Shown one piece after another: positions 26,052-32,000 of a stretch of 32,000 nucleotides of DNA (position 1 is the stretch's first letter; the number at the start of each line of letters is the position of its first letter). The DNA comes from Pyrodictium abyssi (lineage in GTDB: Archaea > Thermoproteota > Thermoprotei_A > Sulfolobales > Pyrodictiaceae). The notes under the pieces are model-generated. The model made no database searches. It saw nothing but the letters and a program-made list of their open reading frames with translations, and had not been told where the DNA came from. The stretch is taken from positions 1,530,001 through 1,562,000 of the forward strand of contig NZ_AP028907.1 of NCBI RefSeq assembly GCF_036323395.1. Reading direction: 5' to 3'. Both the position numbers and the translations under genes were made by a program.

Positions 26052-27200
26052 CTAGCTATCATCATTGTTACTATATATGGCCGCTGGACTTAGTACGCTA
26101 TGCGGCTTAGTCTTACTACCAGCAGCTATTACCGCGCCAACCTTTAGCCCTTCGAGAGGATGTGTTGAAGTAACTACTATCTCCCCAGCAACACCAGTAT
26201 AAGGTACGTTTTCGGTAACCGTATATGGTGCTACCTGGGCCTTCTTTCCAACAAGGCTGTCAGCGATATAGCTATGAGATCCTATCCGTGCAGCATCATA
26301 GAGAACACTCCTCTTTACCTCGGCATAAGCCCCTACAACAGTGTTATCATATACAGCAACATTGTTTCTTAAGAATGAATGTGCACCAATGCGTGCTCCG
26401 CGGCCTACATAGACTGGGCCCTTTAGCACAGCATAATGGTCTACAAAGGCTCCGTCATCTATGAAGGCTGGTGGCTCTATCACAGCAGTGTCCTTCACTG
26501 TGGCTTGCTCGCTTATGTACACACCCTTCATATGGGTCATGTAGAGTCTAACCGCTAGCAAGTAGTCCCATGGTGTATCGAGATCAACCCATTCTCCAAG
26601 CCACATGTTGGCGTGTATATGCTGGGATGCAGCAACGCGTTTGAGTGCATCGTGGAGCGGTAGGCCCTGCTGACACACGAGTCTACGCAGCTCATCTATA
26701 CCCATGCTAATGAGTCCAGCAAACACGTGTTGTCCGTCGCCTATGCTCTTTATAGACATATCTATAGGATCTACATCTACCTTTAGAAAAGTGCCACGAA
26801 ACATGACAGGTTTAGTAACAGTCATAACTGGTTCATAGTACCTCACGACGATATTCATGTGGGAGTCTATCATGCTTTGAGGCGCGTATATGTCGCCATA
26901 GAGTAGAGTGGCTAGTCTTTCCCCGGTCTCGCCAGCGGAGGCGATGCCATCACATATGGCTCCCTCTATCCCGGGTGAGCGCTGCTCAACGAATGCACAG
27001 CCGGGTATGTGGCTACAAGTATTGCCTACACGCGGGTCATCGGATACGACGAGGACTCTATCAAAATGTCTAAGTGCAGCGTCAATATGCATTTCTAACA
27101 ACGTTCTTCCAGGGAACTTTAATAGCGAACGTGAGGTTACATCGCCAAGTACAAGCCTAAGTAGTTTAGGCGAACCGCCAGCAAGTATAATGCCTAGCAC
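26052..27200 (-). CDS. Sugar-phosphate nucleotidyltransferase fused to left-handed beta-helix (GlmU-like)
   Basis: MLGIILAGGSPKLLRLVLGDVTSRSLLKFPGRTLLEMHIDAAL, LATLLYGDIYAP, WVDLDTPWDYLLAVRLY, then hexapeptide-type repeats (AVLKGPVYVGRGARIGAHSFLRNNVAVYDNTVVGAYAEVKRSVLYDAARIGSHSYIADSLVG). Confidence 0.85.
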   Translation of the reverse strand: MLGIILAGGSPKLLRLVLGDVTSRSLLKFPGRTLLEMHIDAALRHFDRVLVVSDDPRVGNTCSHIPGCAFVEQRSPGIEGAICDGIASAGETGERLATLLYGDIYAPQSMIDSHMNIVVRYYEPVMTVTKPVMFRGTFLKVDVDPIDMSIKSIGDGQHVFAGLISMGIDELRRLVCQQGLPLHDALKRVAASQHIHANMWLGEWVDLDTPWDYLLAVRLYMTHMKGVYISEQATVKDTAVIEPPAFIDDGAFVDHYAVLKGPVYVGRGARIGAHSFLRNNVAVYDNTVVGAYAEVKRSVLYDAARIGSHSYIADSLVGKKAQVAPYTVTENVPYTGVAGEIVVTSTHPLEGLKVGAVIAAGSKTKPHSVLSPAAIYSNNDDS

Positions 27201-27309
27201 AATGCTACACCCCGGCGCCTAATCACTCATGTACTACGCAGTATGTGGCTTAATGTAGGCATTGATACCGGGTTGGTACAGTGTGGTTAAGACAGATAGA
27301 GAAAACATG

Positions 27310-29151
27310 TTACTCTACTGTAACTGTTTTAGCTAAATTGCGTGGCTTGTCTGGGTCCCGGTTAAGCATAACGGCTAGCTTGTAGGCAAGTAGCTGGAAT
27401 GGTGGAACCACAGCGTATGGTGCGAGTATTTCATCGTAGTTGCCGACATCTATATAGAAGTCAACGCCCTTTAGATCATCGTAGCCGGACACACCTACTA
27501 CTATGGTTGAAGCACCCCGAGCCTTCATTTCCATAACGTTGCTTTGAAGCTTTTCGTGTAGCTCCTCTCTAGGTGGGACACCGACAAAGATTACCGGAAA
27601 GCCGTCTTCGACCAGTGCTATTGGGCCGTGCTTACTTTCGCCAGCTGGATATGCTTCGGCGTGTATGTAGCTTACTTCCTTTATCTTTAGTGCGGCCTCA
27701 TAGGCTAGTGCAACGCCAAGGCCACGACCAAGTACATATATATTGCCTTTGCTGCGTAGACTTGACGCCAGAAGTTCTACAGCTCTTATGCTGCGGTCTA
27801 TACCAGCTGAAGCTGCATGCCCGGCATTCTTCAGCGTATCCATAGCTTTTCTGTACTCGTTTTGCGTCATCGAGCCGTTGTACTGCGCTAGTGTAAGTGC
27901 CATGCCGGTAAGAGCTAAGACTTGTGTAAGGAAGGTCTTTGTTGCAGCTACTCCTATTTCAGGCCCAGCCCTGGTGTACACTGTCACGTCGGCTTCGCGC
28001 GGTATAGTGCTGCCAATCACATTCGATACGGCTATTACACGTCCACCACTAGACTTGAAGGATCTTACCGCCTGAAGAGTATCTATAGTCTCTCCGCTTT
28101 GGCTTATAGCAACAAGGACCGAGTTACTATGGTCCATATCCCGGTAGGCTAGATACTCGCTCGATATAAACGGGATAACAGGCCTCTTAGCTATACGCGC
28201 CATGTAGTATGCAAAGACTAAGCCTGCATGATAGCTAGTTCCTGCACCAGTCACGAATATCTTCTCAGCGTTGGAGAGCAGTTTTGCAGCATTTTCTAGC
28301 TCCCGGCTAGATGCAAGCCCTGTATACGTTTCAAAGAGTACGCGTGGCTGTTCCATTATCTCTTTAAGCATATAGTGCGGATAACCACCTTTTTCAGCAT
28401 CCTCAATACTCCACGTAACGGTCATAACGCGGTGACGCCACTCGACTGCACGGCCGTCCTTCTCCAGGTAAAGACGATACGGCTCTATGTACCCATACTC
28501 ACCGTCATTTAGCGCAACGAATCTCTTAGTGTACTGTAGCATAGAAGGTATGTCGCTGGCGACCATCATGAATCCTTCGCCAAGCCCTATTACTAGGGGG
28601 CTCACCTTTCTAGCAAAGTATATCCGGTGCGGTTCTCGGGAATAGATTACCGCGATAGCATATGCCCCCTCTATTACCCTTACAAGTCTCTTGAAGGCCT
28701 CCCACATGGAGCTACCATTTCTAAGATACTCCTCAAGGAGGTGGGCAACGACCTCTGTATCTGTCTCGCTCCGGAATACATGGCCTTTCTCTTCGAGCAG
28801 TTGGCGTAGCTCAGCAAAATTCTTTATAATACCATTATGTACTACAGCTATTTCGCCTCTACAATCTACATGGGGATGAGCATTAACGGTATTAGGTTCG
28901 CCGTGAGTTGCCCAGCGTGTATGAGCTATACCACTAACAGCACAATGTTTGTCAACATTATAGCTCTCGACTACGTCGTTTATGCGTCCTTTATCCTTGA
29001 ACACGAGGAGCCGGTAAGAACTACACTCTATTAGCGCGAAACCGGCGCTGTCGTAGCCTCTATACTCTAGACGCCTCAAACCCTGTACTAGCATTGGTGC
29101 CGTATTGCCTATTATCTCCGGGTCGGCCACGACACCGACTATGCCGCACAT
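27310..29151 (-). CDS. glmS: Glutamine--fructose-6-phosphate aminotransferase (isomerizing)
   Basis: 613 aa; MCGIVGVVADPEI, RLEYRGYDSAGFAL, HTRWATHGEPNTVNAHPH, two SIS domains (TGAGTSYHAGLVFAYYM; VAISQSGETIDTLQAV; KIKEVSYIHAEAYPAGESKHGPIALVE), C-terminal KNLAKTVTVE. Confidence 0.98.
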   Translation of the reverse strand: MCGIVGVVADPEIIGNTAPMLVQGLRRLEYRGYDSAGFALIECSSYRLLVFKDKGRINDVVESYNVDKHCAVSGIAHTRWATHGEPNTVNAHPHVDCRGEIAVVHNGIIKNFAELRQLLEEKGHVFRSETDTEVVAHLLEEYLRNGSSMWEAFKRLVRVIEGAYAIAVIYSREPHRIYFARKVSPLVIGLGEGFMMVASDIPSMLQYTKRFVALNDGEYGYIEPYRLYLEKDGRAVEWRHRVMTVTWSIEDAEKGGYPHYMLKEIMEQPRVLFETYTGLASSRELENAAKLLSNAEKIFVTGAGTSYHAGLVFAYYMARIAKRPVIPFISSEYLAYRDMDHSNSVLVAISQSGETIDTLQAVRSFKSSGGRVIAVSNVIGSTIPREADVTVYTRAGPEIGVAATKTFLTQVLALTGMALTLAQYNGSMTQNEYRKAMDTLKNAGHAASAGIDRSIRAVELLASSLRSKGNIYVLGRGLGVALAYEAALKIKEVSYIHAEAYPAGESKHGPIALVEDGFPVIFVGVPPREELHEKLQSNVMEMKARGASTIVVGVSGYDDLKGVDFYIDVGNYDEILAPYAVVPPFQLLAYKLAVMLNRDPDKPRNLAKTVTVE

Positions 29152-29511
29152 AGCTTATACGCCCTTCAATAGCTAGACACTCATCGTGGCACGAAGAAGC
29201 CTCAATAGTCCCAGATACAGACGCAGTGATGCAGGAAACTATATAATGTTATTATCGCTAAAACTAGCAGTCTCTATGATCGGTGCGGTGGATGACGACT
29301 GAACCCCAGTAGCGAACAATATATGTGCGTCCTTCAGCGTACAGACACCGCACCGAGCCGTAGCCGTATAGCAGCAACAAACACCGTTACATCGGCTATT
29401 GCTGTTTTCGTCGAAACTGGGATGTATAAGCTGTTGACGGCTCCTGGATATGTAGTGCAGCGCGTGAATAAAACAATTAGGCATGAATATATAGTAGTAG
29501 GTGTGAGGGAT

Positions 29512-31398
29512 CTAGCTGGAGGGTTTCAGTGTTATCGATTTTTCTAGGTAGACAAGGCTAGGACGTTTCGATGCGTACTTTGGCAGCGTTGCTTGTAGAC
29601 GTGGGTAACCTTTTATGTCTTCAAGCACCATGGTTAGCAGTTCTTCAGGCTTAACAGCTACACGGTCATTTGTCCGCCTTATCGTGACATTTATGGTCGT
29701 GGTCTCGACTTCTCTTTCACCTATAACGCCTATGTATGGTATCCATTCGCGTGCTGCATCACGTATCCTTTTGCCAAGGCTCATGTCTCGGTCGTCTATG
29801 TCAACTCTTATGAGATTCTCCTCTAGAAGTGCTGCTACCTTCTCGGCTAGTTGCATCTGTTTCTCGGATCGAGGATCTACGGGTATTAGGCGAACCTGGA
29901 TAGGGGCAAGCCATGTCGGTATGTATGGTTTCTTGCCCTGCTGCTCGGCCTTTATAGCGCTGTCAAACACCATGTAGATGTACCTCTCTATGGAGCCTAT
30001 GAGCGCAGTATGTATAATGACTGGGTAGTGCTCCTTATTGTTCTCGTCGACATACTTTATTCCAAACCGCTTAGCATTGCCTATATCGAACTGGAACGTG
30101 GCTATCTCTCGTGGTCGTCCGGCTACATCGACTATGTGGTACTCAACGTTGACTACCCAGTAGTAGATCCCTGCAGGGTAGACAACCACTACTGCAGGTC
30201 TACCGTCACGCCTTATCAGCTCTAGAAGGAGATCGCGCCGATTCTCCCAGAAGTCCTCTGTAACGTTGTATACTGCATAGTACCTCTGGTTCAGCTTCTC
30301 GGCCTCCCTGTGGATTACCTCCTGGAGCTTTTCACTCACTTTCACGGCTTCCTCTACGTCGCGTGTGAGTATGTGCAGGTCTGGCATGTAGAACTTACGG
30401 AGGCGGAAACAGAGAGTTACTTCGCCGCTCTGTTCTAGCCTATAGCTGTCAGCTATCTCGAACATGCCAAGCGGTAAATCCTTGTAGCTTAGTACGTAGT
30501 CTCTCAGCATTGCAAACTGCTGATGACACGCAGCATAGCGTAGCACAAGGTGCTTTTTATCCGTCCATAGCTCGTATAGCCTATCGCCAAATAGCTCAGC
30601 GTGCTCGTAGACCGGCTTAGCTGCAAGGTCGAACATGTTTGTTCCACGGATGCGTAGCACCGGTATACCCAGGCTTCTTGCTAGCTTCCATGCATACTCC
30701 GATACCGCGTCAACCATTAGCGCAGCGTGTGGCTCATACCTCATGTGACCATAGTCGGACAGCGGCTCCCACTCGAAACCAAACTTAGCGCAAAGGGCAT
30801 TAACCGGGTTTTCAACCTCACCTATCTCCTTGCCTAGCGCTTCCTTCTCAATTAGTATCCGGAACTCTTTGTCAGCCTTCGGTAGATACTCCTCCGGCTT
30901 GTAGACTTCGCCCTCAGGAGTTAGGATGAAGTATTTCTTCTCCACCTGGAGTTTCGCCGAAGCTTTAGGAGTATAAGCTCTAGATAGCTCGGAGAGTGGA
31001 TGACCATAACAATGTATCCTGAATTCCTTGTACCATCCAAAGGGCGCTCTTATCACGTGGTACTTGTCTCCAGCCCGCTTCTTAATCTCCTCTTCAAGTA
31101 GCTTTAGTGCCTCTATGCCAGCCTTGGGGGGTGCTAGTCTCCGGGATAAGTGCGCATAGGGGTACACAACTATTGTCGACGCCTTAACCTTCTCCGCTAC
31201 TTCGATTATATCGTTTGCAGCCTTCTCCACTACTTCGCGTATGTTCTGGGTGTCAACGTCTTCTACCGTGGTGAAGACTACTAGCGCGTTTTCAGCAGAA
31301 GCTTCCGACGGTATACTATCCGGGGGCTCTGCGTCGGCTATAGCCTTGCTCTTAGCCTTGAAGGAGAACTCTCTAGCATGTATCAATAGTATACGCAT
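29512..31398 (-). CDS. thrS: Threonyl-tRNA synthetase, archaeal type with N-terminal editing domain
   Basis: 628 aa; MRILLIHAREFSFKAKSKAI (archaeal N-terminal editing domain), HVIRAPFGWYKEF, YAACHQQFAMLRDY, CFRLRKFYMPDLHI, HTALIGSIERYIYMVFD, anticodon-binding domain. Confidence 0.93.
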   Translation of the reverse strand: MRILLIHAREFSFKAKSKAIADAEPPDSIPSEASAENALVVFTTVEDVDTQNIREVVEKAANDIIEVAEKVKASTIVVYPYAHLSRRLAPPKAGIEALKLLEEEIKKRAGDKYHVIRAPFGWYKEFRIHCYGHPLSELSRAYTPKASAKLQVEKKYFILTPEGEVYKPEEYLPKADKEFRILIEKEALGKEIGEVENPVNALCAKFGFEWEPLSDYGHMRYEPHAALMVDAVSEYAWKLARSLGIPVLRIRGTNMFDLAAKPVYEHAELFGDRLYELWTDKKHLVLRYAACHQQFAMLRDYVLSYKDLPLGMFEIADSYRLEQSGEVTLCFRLRKFYMPDLHILTRDVEEAVKVSEKLQEVIHREAEKLNQRYYAVYNVTEDFWENRRDLLLELIRRDGRPAVVVVYPAGIYYWVVNVEYHIVDVAGRPREIATFQFDIGNAKRFGIKYVDENNKEHYPVIIHTALIGSIERYIYMVFDSAIKAEQQGKKPYIPTWLAPIQVRLIPVDPRSEKQMQLAEKVAALLEENLIRVDIDDRDMSLGKRIRDAAREWIPYIGVIGEREVETTTINVTIRRTNDRVAVKPEELLTMVLEDIKGYPRLQATLPKYASKRPSLVYLEKSITLKPSS

Positions 31399-31531
31399 AG
31401 TGGTGCACCATCGCTGCTAAATGATACTCTAGGTATGTCCAGGCTTAGGCTAGGCTCATGGCTGGATAAAAAGGTAATATAGACGCCTGCCCCCCATCAG
31501 CAATGGAATAGTTTCGGCCAGGTAAAGAGCC

Positions 31532-31541
31532 CTATATAAGG
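31532..31541 (+). promoter_or_regulatory. Putative TATA box of radA (CTATATAAGG)
   Basis: Strong TATA-like sequence about 40 nt upstream of the radA ATG. Confidence 0.65.
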
Positions 31542-31577
31542 GTGTTACTGGTAGCCCCCTCCCCGGGATAGAAGGGT

Positions 31578-32000
31578 ATGGCTAAAGGAGAAGTAAAGTC
31601 GATAACAGACCTCCCCGGCGTAGGCCCGGCGACAGCCAACAAGCTAATAGAGGCCGGATACGCGACTCTCGAGGCGATAGCAGTAGCTACGCCGCAGGAG
31701 CTAAGCGCAGCAGCAGGGATACCAATAACCACAGCGCAGCGCATAATAAAGGCGGCACGTGAAGCCCTAGACATACGCTTCAAGACCGCGCTTGAAGTAA
31801 AGAAGGAGCGTCTACAGACACACAAGATAACAACCGGCAGCCGTAACCTAGACGACCTCCTCGGCGGAGGTATTGAGACAAAAACGATAACAGAGTTCTT
31901 CGGAGAGTTTGGCAGCGGTAAGACACAGATATGTCACCAGGTAGCAGTAAACGTCCAGCTACCCATAGAGAAGGGCGGGCTGAGCACACCCGATAAAATG
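31578..32000 (+). CDS. radA: DNA repair and recombination protein RadA (3' part outside window)
   Basis: Manual reading from ATG 31578: [129 protein letters not shown]; helix-hairpin-helix plus Walker A GEFGSGKT. Open to window end. Confidence 0.97.
   Translation, partial: MAKGEVKSITDLPGVGPATANKLIEAGYATLEAIAVATPQELSAAAGIPITTAQRIIKAAREALDIRFKTALEVKKERLQTHKITTGSRNLDDLLGGGIETKTITEFFGEFGSGKTQICHQVAVNVQLPIEKGGLSTPDKM

Noticed and set aside
29323-29547. 74-aa plus-strand ORF in the glmS/thrS intergenic region
   Set aside because: Some protein-like character but no recognisable family, overlaps the 3' end of thrS, and the TATA-like AATATATG sits directly on its start. Not enough support to call.
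1-32000. CRISPR arrays, transposons/IS elements, integrated virus or plasmid signatures
   Set aside because: No regularly spaced repeats, transposase or integrase motifs, or terminal repeats noticed. The Cas4-like gene at 5498-6163 is solitary, so a CRISPR locus is not supported.

Overview
The window reads as an ordinary, densely packed chromosomal segment of a hyperthermophilic crenarchaeon. A Pyrodictiaceae/Hyperthermus-like origin is inferred from gene content and codon style, not from a search. Recognisable genes, left to right: GAPDH (partial)/pgk; Lhr-type helicase diverging from a ribbon-helix-helix (RHH) regulator, a small HTH protein, a solo Cas4-like nuclease and a PHP phosphoesterase; trpS; a NurA-like nuclease; a probable DUF447-like protein next to mptE and beta-RFAP synthase; tmcA; hisS plus a non-catalytic tRNA splicing endonuclease subunit; mtnA; a three-gene type IV pilus/archaellum-like cluster; top6BA; deoC; a zinc-ribbon microprotein missing from the ORF track; an ASCH protein; a sugar-nucleotidyltransferase plus glmS; thrS; and the start of radA. 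I found no CRISPR array, transposon, rRNA or tRNA. The most interesting signals are intergenic: (1) a strong box C/D sRNA candidate on the minus strand at 24856-24912, with a second weaker one on the plus strand at 24786-24841, in the 3' region between deoC and the zinc-ribbon gene; (2) a 79% GC island at 9184-9280 with an H/ACA-like arrangement; (3) a structured element at 25911-25989; and (4) a palindromic/tandem operator-like site at 4900-4923 upstream of the RHH regulator. I do not see clear evidence for a wholly new multi-gene system.
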